This document shows positions 38,958 through 52,789 of a stretch of 64,000 nt of DNA, one piece after another (the stretch's first letter is position 1; each line of letters starts with the position of its first letter). Under the pieces are notes generated by a model. That model did not search any database and was not told the DNA's origin. It saw only the letters and a program-made list of their open reading frames with translations. Location of the stretch: contig NC_043001.1 in NCBI RefSeq assembly GCF_006345805.1, forward strand, positions 92,194,001 to 92,258,000, given 5' to 3'. Both the position numbers and the translations under genes were made by a program. This stretch comes from Octopus sinensis. Its lineage: Eukaryota.

Positions 38958-39195
38958 GTGGAGGCGCAATGGCCCAGTGGTTAGGGCAGCGGACTCGCGG
39001 TCGTAGGATCGCGGTTTCGATTCCCGGACTGAGGCTCCGGCAGGCAGGGGGGCGAACCCTGCTGTATTCTTTCGCCACAACTTTCTCTTTCTTCTGTTGG
39101 CCTGCTCGCTTAGCCAGCAGGGTGACGTCATTTGAAGGCTAAAACAATGCGAAGCGCATTGTGACCAGCGATGTGTAGCAACATCTGATAGCCTG
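38958..39195 (+). mobile_element. tRNA-derived SINE family C (internally deleted)
   Basis: Head GGAGGCGCAATGGCCCAGTGGTTAGGGCAGCGGACTCGCGGTCG..GGTTTCGATTCC, tail CATTGTGACCAGCGATGTGTAGCAACATCTG. Tail-only copy at 9596-9720. Confidence 0.88.
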
Positions 39196-39240
39196 GTCGG
39201 TGATATATGTAAATATATATATATATGTATATATACATAC

Positions 39241-39308
<68 letters not shown>

Positions 39309-39316
<8 letters not shown>

Positions 39317-39580
39317 ATATTTCGGAATGGTCATATTGGCAGTTTAGCCAATAAAAACACACGCACTATATATTTGGTGTTATTTTGCTTCAGTGTTATT
39401 TAATTTTTACATTAATCTTAATCTTTCGTCACAGGAGTGTGACGAAAGAACTCTGGCCGAAATAAGATTAAGATTAATGTAAGAAACAAATAACACTGAA
39501 GCAAAATAACACCAAATATATAGTGCGTGTGTTTTTATTGGCTAAACTGGCAATCTGACCATTCCGAAATATAACAATAT
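39309..39580. repeat. Fold-back element, 117-bp arms
   Basis: 39309-39425 vs 39464-39580 are reverse complements with few mismatches. Inner 10-bp hairpin CTTTCGTCAC/GTGACGAAAG. Confidence 0.9.
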
Positions 39581-39648
39581 CTGTTTCAACACACGACTTC
39601 ACATAAAAAATATTGCACAACAAATATTTAAACGTATATATATATATA

Positions 39649-39685
<37 letters not shown>

Positions 39686-39785
39686 TGACAAAAATGGTAA
39701 GACAACAAAAGAAAGGGATCTCGATATTATGTAAATTGAGGAATTTATCTGTAAATTTAATATGTGACAATTATTCGGCAGCCAT

Positions 39786-39847
39786 GATAAATCTCCAAGT
39801 TTCGGATGCCGAGGTGGAAATCCACGCCGCTATCTCTTCAGTTATCC
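39786..39847 (-). ncRNA. Degenerate hammerhead motif inside a 50-bp inverted repeat
   Basis: Minus strand GATAA-CTGAAGA-branched stem II-GAAAC...TTATC. Stem I pairs but the NUH cleavage triplet is not intact. Confidence 0.35.
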
Positions 39848-39904
39848 GGCTATCGGTAGGAGGTTTATCATGGCTACCGAATAATTGTCACATATTACAT
39901 TTAC

Positions 39905-39979
<75 letters not shown>

Positions 39980-41182
39980 ATATATATATACTGTGTTGTG
40001 TCAATGGAGAGTCATTCTCTTTTAGTGCCTTATTATTTAACACACACACACACACCGGTTTAGTTTCCACTCATTTACTTATTTATTTTTTCTAAATATT
40101 TTCGTTGCGTCTTGCAACCTTTTCAATAGTCGTTCCCTCTGTCCAATATCCGAGCTTCTTTCTTTTTTGTTCGTTTGTGGCTTTTAAAATAATTATTTAT
40201 AGTTTTTAATAAGTTTATACGTATTTGAGAATATTAATTTAACAAAAAATTTAAATTGTATAGCAGGGATATGATATCAAATACGTAACTGAACACATAA
40301 ATAATATAATTATCAAATAACTTATGTTCATTACGTGTTGCGCGATCATACACCTGTGCGTTCATTTTAAATTTTGTGTATCATTATACAGCCGCTTGAG
40401 CATGCGCGTGGACAATGCGCGCGTTAGTGTTTATGAATGTATGCGCGAACTAATACGTGAAAATTCGACATTAAAATAAGTTGCTCCCATGTTTTCTGCA
40501 AAAACACGCTTGCATAAACAAACCTGGGCCAGATGCAGATAACCAACACTCTTTATCCCAAGTGGACACATGCTAAAAACACAACTGTTTACTTCTCGCA
40601 CTCCCAGTTTTATTTGCTTTCCTGTTATTACCTATTTTTTCTTCACTCGCTTTCCTCATCTTCTCTATCTCTACTTTTTTCCCTCCTTTTTCTTCATTTC
40701 TGTTTTGTTCGAGCTTGAAACACAATTCTTTGTTTACTATCCATAAAAGCAGAGAGCTGGTCATTTACATACTTAGAGATTATACAGATTACGGAATATG
40801 TATATATACATAGATATACACACATACACATATACATCAAAGAGAGTGGCATAGGTTCATAAGGCCGGTTTCCCGAACTCTATGTTGTATATATTCTCTA
40901 TCCGGCCCGACCCTCGCAAAATTACACCCTTTTGCCAGCTGAGTGGACTGGACTGGACTGGTGCAACGTGAAATGAAGTGTTTTGCTCAATGACACAATA
41001 AATTGCCAGGTCTAGGAACTGAAGCCTCAGTCGTCTTACAATTTCATTGCACCATCATAAACACTAAGCTACATTCCTACACACGCACAAACACACACAC
41101 AAACAAACACGCACACACGCGCATACTCACACATACATATATACACACATGTGTGAGAGTATACATTTATCCAAATGTATAT

Positions 41183-41286
<104 letters not shown>

Positions 41287-41369
41287 GCATATAGATAGAT
41301 GGATGGATGGCTAGATGGCTAGATGGATATATATATATATATATATATGCAAACGTAAGTATGTGTGTG

Positions 41370-41407
<38 letters not shown>

Positions 41408-42518
41408 TGTGCGTGTATGTGTGTATTTTCGTGATTAGAGTTTTAAAGTTTATTTTGATGGGACACCCGTTTAAAAATTTGTTAAATTATTAATAACAAG
41501 TCAAAGAAAAGCGTGATCCTTGTTTTTCTCGCCAACACTTAGGCAATCATTCCCTACTCAAGTATTAAGAATTTAAAGAGCGAATGATTTTTCTTTTTAA
41601 AATTATTGCGATCGATTGTGCCGTATGAATTATGGCGTTACATGCTTTCTTCGAGAATCCAGGTTGATCCAGGCTTTGATCTAAATAGGCTGGTACAAAT
41701 CCTGCTACTCTTATATTTTGGGTATTCAGTTTCCCGACTCCCTAGTATTAATAATGACCCATTGATGTCTTCTACTTCTGCATCTTCTATTCACATTCAG
41801 GTAAAGCGTGAAGCGATGACTGTCACAATAACTACTTTTAATTACTCGTTCGAAAGACATCATCCTTAAATCCTTAAATCCTTAAAAGTGTTTTAGCCCG
41901 AAGGCCGCGGCCATTAATTTATTTGCTGCTTATATTCTAAACTCCCAGTAATACTCTTTTGATATGATGTTCTTGATGTAATCATCTGTACTTGCTATTA
42001 TATTTTCCTTTCTTAATGTATTTCACATTCCTCTGGCATTGATATCTTAGAGAATATTACATTATGACATATATTGTAGGTAATGATGTGAGCAGTGTCT
42101 TCAGTTTTCGTTTATAGCTACCAATTGTTACTAGACGATGCTCTGCATCCAGAATGTTCTTGGTGAGAACGTGAAAGAAACCCGTAACTCAGCTCAAAAT
42201 GAAATTAAAGGCTTTGGAAAAGGTGCAAGTCAAGAGATTATTACTAGTCATCGGTAGTATAGTCGGTGGCAGGCTAACCAGTTCGATCCCCTGCAGATCT
42301 ATACAAGACAACTTCCACTACATGTGATACATCGTAAGCAGATTGGGAATAATTCTAGCTTTGGCAGGGAACAGATCACTTTGGATCAGTTCAAAGCTTT
42401 CAACAGAATTGACCTAGCGGCTGCCCTAAGTGCTGTCTGTTTCAGTCTCGTCCTCCAACACTCACTACATGTTTGCGTATGCAGGCAGTATTACCGTCAT
42501 GGTATCTAAGACTTTGAA

Positions 42519-42755
42519 AGGCGGCGAGCTGGCAGAAACATCAGCACGCCGGGCGAAATGCCTAGCCGTATTTTGTCTGCCGTTACGTTCTGAGTTCAAA
42601 TTCCACCGTGGTCAACTTTGCCTTTCATCCTTTCGGGGTCGATAAATTAAGTACCAGTTACGCATTGGGGTCGATATAATCGACTTAATCCGTTTGCCTG
42701 TCCTTGTTTGTCCTCTCTGTGTTAAGCCCCTTATGGGTAGTAAAGAAATAGGTAT
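42519..42755 (+). mobile_element. SINE family A with an approx. 18-bp target-site duplication
   Basis: GGCGGCGAGCTGGCAGAA head. GGTATCTAAGACTTTGAA on both sides (42501 and 42751). Confidence 0.92.
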
Positions 42756-43970
42756 CTAAGACTTTGAAGTGTGTCACTAATGAATGACAGCACACATCAA
42801 CCGGAACAAGTCATTGGATGATGAAACTGTTCGGTACGCATTCATTCAGCGCGCGTGAATTAATGATTTGTACATTTATATCGAACAGATGTTATCCAGT
42901 ATTGGACAGATCCGATTGTCACTCACGTCTATCGTGAAAACTGAGACACTACCTTCCTTTGAGAAAGAAAAGTGGGTGGTTGTCCTCCGTTTGGTGACTA
43001 TAACAACGATATTGTTGTATGGTGAAGGCGTATGAAAGTCGTGAGAACAGATATTTTCCTCTTATGACAAGCGTCATCAATTTCATCAAGTACCACTTGA
43101 GGAAGAAGGTGAGATTTAGAAATCAAAGTACTGCATCAGTAAACTTTATGAACGGGGAGTGATAGAGACTTAACAGACATTGCTAAATTCGCCCACATTA
43201 GATATGTGACTGGAGGCTGGTGACAAGAACTGAGATAAGCATGGGACATTCCTGTTAAGCTAAAGGTTATTGTAATCCATGCTTGTTAAACCTTAACACT
43301 TCTATACCTGTTCTCAAAGATACATCTATTCTTTCAAGAAGGTGGAATAATTGATGTATTTGTCATGTCATGAACAATGATGTTTTCGGATTTTGTGAAT
43401 TGAGGGACATTAGCCAACTACATCTAGTTGGTCGAGTAACTACCTGGAAGTACCCATCACTTTAATTCGATAGAGGCAGAATATTTCTATCGAGGTTCAC
43501 TGCTGAAATAGACTAAAGAACATGTCAGGATGTATCTGAAAGAATTGAGCTTGCAGTCATTCTGGTCATAAATTCTTGAATTTTGAGATTATCTCTACTT
43601 CTCAAGAGAATTATCAATTGGTAATTATGATACATCCCATAAAGGAGAAGATAATTTAAATAGTAAAAAAATCATGTTGTAGGGTATCTGATGTACGTGC
43701 ATTTGTCTATGTTGTTCAAATACATGCCGCTGGCTGCTCCCGGTTATTTCTCTTCACTCTACTTAAATTATGCAAATTACCTAGACCATAACTGCGTTCT
43801 ACTCCTTTTTGTAGAAGTCTAAATCCATTGGAAATTGGAGATAAGGTTTGACATTCTGCGTGTTGATGATGTCTAGTGAGCCTGAAAATCGTGTCCACGA
43901 CACACACCTCTTATCTCCATATGCTGACAATAATCCTGGTCTTTTCCTTCAAGGTATGTCAACTTTGTGG

Positions 43971-44222
43971 AGGCGCGTGGCTTAGTAGTTAGGGTGTCAG
44001 CATCATGATCGTAAGATTGTGGTTTCGATTCCTGGACCGGACGACGCGTTGTGTTCTTAAGCAAAACACTTCATTTCACGTTGCTCCAGTCCACTCAGCT
44101 GGCAAAAATGAGTAATGCTGCGATGGACTGGCGTCCCGTCCAGCTGGGGAACACATACGCCATTGAAACCGGGAAACCGGGCCCATGAGCCTGGCTAGGA
44201 TTTAAAAGGGTGCATTTATTTA
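43971..44222 (+). mobile_element. SINE family D with a 13-bp TSD
   Basis: Head GGAGGCGCGTGGCTTAGT..GGTTTCGATTCC, CORE-like CTTAAGCAAAACACTT. TATGTCAACTTTG on both sides. Partial copy at 40855-41010. Confidence 0.9.
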
Positions 44223-44489
44223 TATTTTTTATGTCAACTTTGAAGAATTCTTGAATCGTGACGCAGTCACTTAATCTCAAGTGCAGTGGGCTTTAATTGC
44301 TATTAGATAATTATGGTACATCTTTTACAGGTGGATATATGACTTTAATAAATCAAGATCTTATGTTATATGGTATTTGATATACTTATATTTGTCTACA
44401 TCGTTAAACTTATGCCCCTGGACCGTTCGAGTTATTTCCCTTAACTCATTATATTTAGATAATGCAAATAACAGAAACGGCAGAATGAA

Positions 44490-44730
44490 ATAATAAATGC
44501 ACCCCTTTTAAAGCCTAGCTAGGCTCATGGGCCCGGTTTCCCGGTTTCTATGGCGTATGTGTACTTAAAGTTCCATCGCAACGTTACCCATTTTTGCCAG
44601 CTGAGTGGACTGGAGCAACGTGAAATGAAGTGTTTTGCTCAAGAACACAACGCGTCGCCCGGTCCAGGAATCGAAACCACAATCTTACGATCATGGTGCT
44701 GACACCCTAACCACTAAGCCACGCGCCTCC
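44490..44730 (-). mobile_element. SINE family D
   Basis: Reverse complement of family D. Confidence 0.9.
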
Positions 44731-45252
44731 ACTCAAAAACAGCATGGACTACAATAACAGCAGCAAAAATAAAAACAAAGAAATCAAGATCCAAATAGCA
44801 GTCACAACAGCAGGATGCCGAGTCGTCTGGTCACTAGTACTGTATCTAACTCAATGTTAAACCAGTGATTCATTGGTATCTGCTGATAGCCAATCTTATC
44901 GCATTTTCCTTAAGGAACTTCTCCAACTATAAGTCTCTTTCTTTCAATCTCTCTTATTCTGTATAAGTCTGTCATTCATGAAAAATATCATCTAACCCTT
45001 TCAACATTTCGTTCTATGAATCACTCTGCGTATGCGAATGTGTGCGTGAATGTATGTGTGTAATGTGTGTAATGTGTGTGTGTGTGTGTGTGTGTGTGAG
45101 TGTGTGTGTGTGTGTGAGTGTGTGCGTGTGTGTGTGTGTACGCGCGTGATGCGTGTGTGTGAAGAACGTTAAATGTCTTATCTTATGTGACCTGGTTCAG
45201 CCGTTTTCATTAATAACTTAAAGTACAATGGTGATATTATTTTTATTACTAA

Positions 45253-45655
45253 GGCGGCGAGCTGGCAGAAATGTTAGCACGTCGAGCGAAATGCTTAGCG
45301 GTATTTCGTTTGTCTTTATGTTCTGAGTTCAAATTCTGCCGGGGTCGACTTTGCCTTTCATCCTTTCGGGGTCGATAAATTAAGTACCATTTACGCACTG
45401 GGGGCGATGTAATCGACTTAATCCGTTTGTCTGTCCTTGTTTGTCCTCTCTGTGTTTAGCCCCTTGTGGGTAGTAAAGAAATAGGTATTTCGTCTGCCGC
45501 TAGGTTCTGAGTTGAAATTCCGCCGAGGTCAACTTTGCTTTTCATCCTTTCGGGGTCAATTAATTAAGTACCAGTTGAGTACTGGGGTTGATGTAATTGA
45601 CTTAAGCCCTCCCCCAAAATTTCAGGGCTTGAGCCGATAACAGAAAGCATTATTA
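45253..45655 (+). mobile_element. SINE family A, dimeric copy
   Basis: Head at 45253, second unit joined at AAATAGGTATTTCGTCTGCCG (about 45480). Confidence 0.88.
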
Positions 45656-46524
45656 GTATTACTGCTAATTTTTAAAGGTCTCACTATTGATATAGGCACA
45701 AAGACTAAAATTCTCTTCCGCTTATATATAAATATATGTATACTCTTTTACTTGTTTCAGTCATTTAACGGCGGCCATGCTGGAGCACTGCCTTTAGACG
45801 AACAAAACATCCCCAGGACTTATTCTATCGGTCACTCTTGCCGAACCGCTAGAATTATGGCGACGCAAATACATCAACATCGGTTGTCAAGCGATGGTGG
45901 TCAAGCGCGCGCACAGACACACATATATACGACGGGCTTTCAGTTGCAGTTGGTTGCGAGTTGACAGAGGAGTTTTACCCTCAGATTCGTTCCAGCTCTC
46001 TGAGTTCAAATCCGGGAGAAAAATTTACGTTGCCTCCTTTACAATCGCTAAATAAAGAACTTACATTTCTACTGGAAGTTAGGGACGGAGACAACTTCCC
46101 AAATTTTTGACATCTGCCAGACATGTCGCATGACGAGACAGTGCCTCTATGACTTCACCAGAAGTTAACGGCTCTCACCATTTAAGTTTACATGTATGTA
46201 TGATTATTCTTTGAGTTTTATTCAAGTTCTTCTTAAGAGAGTTCAAACCGGCAACAAAGCGGCAAGACCTTTTTCAGCTGTCGGTGTTTGTAAATATGTG
46301 GTTGAGTTGGCGTGTTGGTTGAACTGTAGATGTATTCACGCAAAAGTGTGCATCTACCCACATAAGAATCGCATATGGAGAATCTTTGAAATGTCTCACA
46401 AATCTTCACTGTGCTACTAATAAAATGGATTTGTAGAACCCGCGTCAGTTTCTTTTGCTTTTTCTCCGTAAAACCGCTTATTTCTAGGTTTTTATGCAAA
46501 TTTGTTGGTATGACAATATATCAC

Positions 46525-46760
46525 CGTGATCACCGTGACCGAACAGGCTATCAGATGTTGCTACACATCGCTGGTCACAATGCGCATCGCATTGTTTTAG
46601 CTTCCAAATGACGCCACTCCGCTGGCTAAGCGAGCAGGCCAACAGAAGAAAGAGTGAGAGAAAGTTGTGGTGAAAGTGTATAAACACTCACAGTGCCCGG
46701 TCTTGGAATCGAAACCGCGATCGTACAACCGCGAGTCCGCTGCCCTAACCACTGGGCCAC
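46525..46760 (-). mobile_element. SINE family C
   Basis: Reverse complement of the family C head and tail. Confidence 0.85.
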
Positions 46761-46854
46761 ATGACAATATATATATACAAATGAGAATTCATATTCAGGG
46801 CACAAGTGTTGTGAGCTTCGGATTAAATGTTTTCTTTTTCCTGGACTTTTAATT

Positions 46855-47158
46855 GTACAGTTACATCCGTTGTGCAACTGTCCTCTACAACAGTGCATGA
46901 CTTTTTTTTTCCCTGTCCCACAGAACAATCTCGAGTCCGTTATGTTTGCACCGAATTGATGTTTTCAGCGGGGTGTTCTCACAGTATTCCTTATTTTTAA
47001 AGGTGTGAATACCTTCTGGTTCTGACACGCCTTTGATGTGTACATCAGGCAGTCCTATTTGCGGATAGCATTGTAAATGGTCTTTGTAACTATATCATGC
47101 CCCATGGTCAAATAATATCTCGCAGACATTTTGGGACAGTTTACGCTTTCAAACCAAT
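46855..47158 (-). mobile_element. R4-clade LINE endonuclease-region fragment (second family)
   Basis: Frameshift-joined CPKMSARYYL..HDIVTKTIYNAIRK..EPEGIHTFKNKEY..TSIRCKHN..IVLWDREKK motifs. Confidence 0.65.
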
Positions 47159-47276
47159 GGTCCTGATTTCGGTCCCACTGCATAACACATTGAGCTAGTG
47201 TCTTCTACTATAACCCCGGACTGACCGAAGCCTAGTAAGTGGATTTGGTAGATTTAAAATGAAAGAAGCTCGTCGT

Positions 47277-47343
<67 letters not shown>

Positions 47344-47512
47344 GTGTGTGTGTCCGCTTGACAACTGGAGTTTGCTTTTTTACGCGTCCGTGACCCAGCA
47401 AAAGAGACCGATAGAATAAGTGACAGGTTTTAAAATAAAGGTATCTTGGTCTTTTCCTTCGACTTCGGTTAAAACACTTCAGAGCGGTGCACCAGCATGG
47501 CTGTAGTCCGAT
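47158..47512 (+). mobile_element. SINE family B, diverged, with (GT)n expansion
   Basis: Family B body and tail motifs. Confidence 0.75.
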
Positions 47513-47671
47513 CACCGGCACAAGAATGCTTATACACACACACACAGAGGCACACACATACACACACACATATATACATATATTTATGCATATATATATA
47601 TATATATGTATATATATATGGAAATATATATATAGATATATATATATATATATATATATATACATTATATA

Positions 47672-47744
<73 letters not shown>

Positions 47745-47755
47745 TGGAAATATAT

Positions 47756-47788
<33 letters not shown>

Positions 47789-47790
47789 CA

Positions 47791-47841
<51 letters not shown>

Positions 47842-48062
47842 CATATATATATACAGATATATATATATATACAGATATGCATAGCAATGCAATCATTTGC
47901 GGCATTTCATGTTTATTCAGACACACACATGTATATATGTAGTTATGTAGTTATGTATACACATATGTATGCATGTGTGTCTGTCTGTCTGTATGTATGT
48001 ATGTATGTATGTATGAATGTATGTATGTATGTATGCATGCATGTATACTCACACACACACAC

Positions 48063-48110
<48 letters not shown>

Positions 48111-48563
48111 TCACACTGGTCGCCGCACAGATATACATTAAGGAAGTTATGGAATGTGAGTCATGAGTAGATTTTTTTTCACCTGTCAAACAGTATAGCC
48201 TAAACAATGCTGCGTGGGTGGACGTTCGGCTGCCGTAAGTTTTTTCAACAAAGATACAGGTAACTTTCTAATTGACAACGGACACAAGAGATTGAAATAT
48301 TTGATTTGGGGCGGGGGGGGGGGGTGATGGGGTAGGGCGGTTCAAGGACATGTGCGATGAAAGAATGTATATATATATCATGAAAGCATGAAGAAACGTG
48401 TGAATAGAAGGAAGAACGGCGCAAAGTAAAGAAGAGGAAAGGAAAATAATAAAGAGATTAACAAATAACCCAAAGTTATGCGCCAGAAAGCGATAATGGA
48501 GGTATGATAAAATAACAATCTTGAGAGACGATATATATATTATTATTATCATTATTATTATTA

Positions 48564-48615
<52 letters not shown>

Positions 48616-49034
48616 TTATTATTATTATTATTATTATTATCATTAGCAAAATAGATCGGAATGCTGAATTAATGTGTTTTTAACTGAAGGAGAAAAATGC
48701 ACATACAAACGTTAGGAAATTTAGATCCTTTAAAAATTTCGAATATCAAACAAAGTGATAAAGTGATAAAGAAAGTCAACATTCCATTAGTTGCAAAGAT
48801 TTTGAGTAAATTGTGGACTGAGAGGAAAGTGATTGCAGCATTCATTCAAACATTTACACAAGAACCGACATGAACAAAAAGCTATGTATATATATATATG
48901 CGCCTGCGCTTGTGTACCTATGTATGCATGTATGTATATATACAGATATGTATATACACATACAAACAGCCATGCATACACGCATACATTACATACATGT
49001 ATGTATGTATGTATGTCTTCTATGTATATCTTTT

Positions 49035-49298
49035 AATGAATAATAAATAAATGCGCCGTTTTAAAGCCTAGCCAGACTCATGGGCCCGGTTTTCCTGTTT
49101 CTATGGCGTATGTGTTCTCCAGCTGGACGGGACGCCAGTCCATCGCAGCGTTTATCATTTTTCCCCGCTGAGTGGACTGGAGCAACGTGAAATGAAGTGT
49201 TTTGTTCAAGAACACAACGCGTCGCTCGGTCCAAGAATCGAAACCACAATCTTACGATCATGATGTTGACACCCTAACCACTAAGCCACGCGCCTCCA
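49035..49298 (-). mobile_element. SINE family D
   Basis: Reverse complement of family D, full length. Confidence 0.9.
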
Positions 49299-50057
49299 CA
49301 TGGATATATTTTTATCATTATATATATGGTTGAAAAGAACCATATATATGTATGTATTTCGTTTTTGGATTTGGTTATATGAGTTCGTGTGTTGAAGTAT
49401 GTTTTGTTGTGCCTGGGGAGAATCATTCTCTTTTAGTGTCTTATAATTTAACACACTCACCGGTAAAGTTTTCACTCATTTACTTATTTATTTTTCTAAA
49501 ATTTTCGTTGCGTCTTGCAACCTTTTCAATAGTCGTTGGCTCTATCCGTTATCCGAGCTGCATACCTTTTGCTTGTTTGTGCGCATGTGTGGGGGTCAGT
49601 GTGTGTGTGCATACACATGCATGTACGTACATACATACATACATACATACATACAAATCCTGTTGTTGATGTTGAAATTCCAATGAAGGAGCCTTGAATC
49701 TAGGTTAGAAACCGGTTCTTTCTCTATTGGCAAGAAATCTTGAAGTAAACTGAATAATAACATACATACATACATACATACATACATACATACATACATA
49801 CATACATACATACATACATTACATACATTACATACATACATGTTTGCATGTGTGTGCGCGCACACACTGACTCACACATATGCGCACAAACAAACAAAGA
49901 ACAACGCAGCTCGGATAACGGACAGAGTCAACGACTATTGAAAAGGTTGCAAGACACAATGAAAATTTTAGAAAAATAAATAAATGAGTGGAAATTTTAC
50001 TGATGGTGTGTTAAATCATAAGGCACCAAAAGAGAATGCCTCTCCCCAGATACAACA

Positions 50058-50125
<68 letters not shown>

Positions 50126-50929
50126 TATATACATATACACACACAGAGACAGACAGAAAGACAGACAAATAGATAGATAGATAATTAGATAGATATATAG
50201 ATAGATACCACATCTGCTCACTATGAAAGGTACAAAGCAGTTGGACTGAACCCGGAACGATACGGTTGGGAAGTAAACTTGTTACCACATAACCACACCA
50301 TTTGTGTATGCGCTGATGCAATGCTAGAATTTCTTCGCAAAATTCATGATTTTTAAAAATATAATAAAGGGATATATAATTTAGGTAATTCAAAACCAAT
50401 TTAAAATAATGAATGAAAGCTGAGTGGAAGGAATTGTGTTACCGAATGAAGTTTATGTTGTTTGCTAATTTGAAGACATTAAAAATGTTTTTCTTTTATG
50501 GTCTTCACTACAGGGTTTTCAATAGTTATTATACAAAATATCTTACAAAATACATGAAGTTTAAAAAGAAAGACGAAAAACTCTAGATTTTAGAAAAGTA
50601 TTGCAGTCGTAGTATTTAGTATGACAAGCTTTGGTTATTTCGAACGCATTGTAGTGATGATGTAGCAGAATTGTTAGTGTCGGGCTAATTGCTTAGCAGT
50701 ATTTCTCCCGACTTCTTACATTCTGACATTAGATTTTACCAGGGTTAACTTTGCCTTTCATTCCATCGGGTATGAGAAACGAAGTAAGCACCAGCCAAGT
50801 ACTAGGGTCGATATAATTAACTATCCGCTAATCTTCAAACTGTGCCGAAATTTGAGACGATTATTTTAAATGCATAATTCATATAACGACCAACATGGAC
50901 ACGTATAAGCGTTCAACACAGACAAGTGG

Positions 50930-51470
50930 CTTTAGCTGTGAGTTTAGTTTTGACCTTGTATTTAAATATTGTAAGATCTTTAAAAACACATTGTTTCAAA
51001 CTTCTTCTAAGTTCGATTTCTCATCATCACATAAAGCAGTTTCATGCGCTACATTCCAACTTCTTGAGTACTTACATTTACATCGTTTTGTACATCACAT
51101 TCCAGTTTCAATATAACGTGGTGTTTATGAAGATGTTTGCACTTCCAAATTCGATGCATATCTGCACATATATTTGTAGCTACAGTTGGATTCCAAAATA
51201 TTTCCTAGAGCTTTTGGACGGCTGCATCAGTCAATTTCAAGATGTCTTGGGCCATCACTGTCATCTATCTTCTATCCCATTTCATTTGGAGCAGAGTTTT
51301 CTGGTATTTACCGGAACTGGTGAAATACACTTGCCTGATAATTCACACGCATCAGATGCCTGAGAAGTTTTTTAGAAGTGATTTTTTCAATATGTACACA
51401 AAGTCATTATATTTCTTTAAACGTTGTCTTCCTTTACGTCATTTCCAATTGTTGCAAGATTCTGAAGTTT
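50930..51470 (-). mobile_element. Possible Academ-like transposon remnant (C-terminal Cys-rich region)
   Basis: Minus frame LLRHLMRVNYQASVFHQ..P..MG*..LEID..PKALGNILESNC..CTKRCKC resembles HxxRxNYQA..GW..W..P..C..C.C motifs. Many stops. Confidence 0.45.
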
Positions 51471-52789
51471 GATTGGGCTGAAGAAAGCATTATTTTGCCT
51501 GATTCAATTTATAGAACGAAACCTGATAACCAGTTGACCTAGCAAGCAGGGCCTCATTTCAGTGAAGGGGCCGGTGCACAATGATGCCGTCGAGAGGTAG
51601 GCCCCGAAATGGCACGCATTCTCTCCTGATGTGGAGCTTTCAACTTGTAGCACTTGCATCTGCAAGTTATTTGCTAAAAAGTAAAAAAAAAAGAATCAAA
51701 AGCGTATAAATCTACTGATGTCAACTTGTCTCTAACAAATCTAGCTTCAACTCGACAGGGGTAATAACACTCGAAATAAGTATAAGTGTTCAGTTTCTTC
51801 ATCATTAAACGGATTGAATATGCTAAGTATCGCACTAACGATGGGTTTTTTTCTATATCCTTCTCACGCTCAATCTCACTCTAGTTTAGGCAATTTATTC
51901 GTCTCATTTCATCCTCTTTTACAGCCATTAATCTCTTCTACTTGTATTTATTTGAATGACAGAATATAGATTCTTCTGGGATATTTCCTTCGATCTTCCC
52001 TCGCACACTTGACATCTTAGCGTAGATTCCTACATCTTGGACTGTAACTAATTCACCATCTAGTTGGTTTATTCTAGTTCCCTCATGATTACCATGACAA
52101 TAAAAAGAACACTACAAAAGAAACATTGCAAAAGAAAAGGCACCATGCTCAGTGGGAAACTATGTTTCCTTCAGATGGAAATCCAATAAATCAAGATTTC
52201 AATCTGACTTGATGTAGAACACTATTGATGACACTCGGTGTCTTATAAGAAAAATTTAAAAATACATAAAATATGAAACTTTTTTTCGTTACCAAAACAA
52301 ACTAATAAATCACTAAATACTGAAATGAATTTTTAATGTTTGACTTTTTATTATGTTTCGTTGTTTTTCCTTTTCTTTTATATTTTACATTGTAATCGTA
52401 TCATTCATACTTTACGCACATACGAAGGCTTTTATTTCCCAGTTCAAGTTTGAATGACTGAAAGTTGTCATATAAAGCTTACTCTATACGAAACCAGTAG
52501 AGCGGATATCGTAAAACACGTTTTTGTACCAAGCGGGAATTGAAGTAATTTCTTGTCTTTCTTATATTCATTATGCCATCAACAGCAGCCATAGCGATTT
52601 TTATTCATAATCATGTAATACGAAGACTAAGTCCAATTTTGTTGCAACCTCATTCTCAAATTAAACTGCTCCCTAGCACTTTCATGTCTAAATATTCTGA
52701 TTAGTAAATTACGCTTGACTGAATAATTAACTCGTAAGTGTTGCTGGTTTTAAAGAAATAACAGAAATGAATGGAAATATTCTTTTCTA

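Noticed and set aside
38958-39030. tRNA genes (also at other SINE heads)
   Set aside because: A/B-box heads run directly into SINE bodies repeated across the window and lack a complete acceptor stem.
42760-43970. Coding-like decayed region hosting SINE insertions, vaguely Academ-like
   Set aside because: Too many stops and frameshifts to assign a family by eye.
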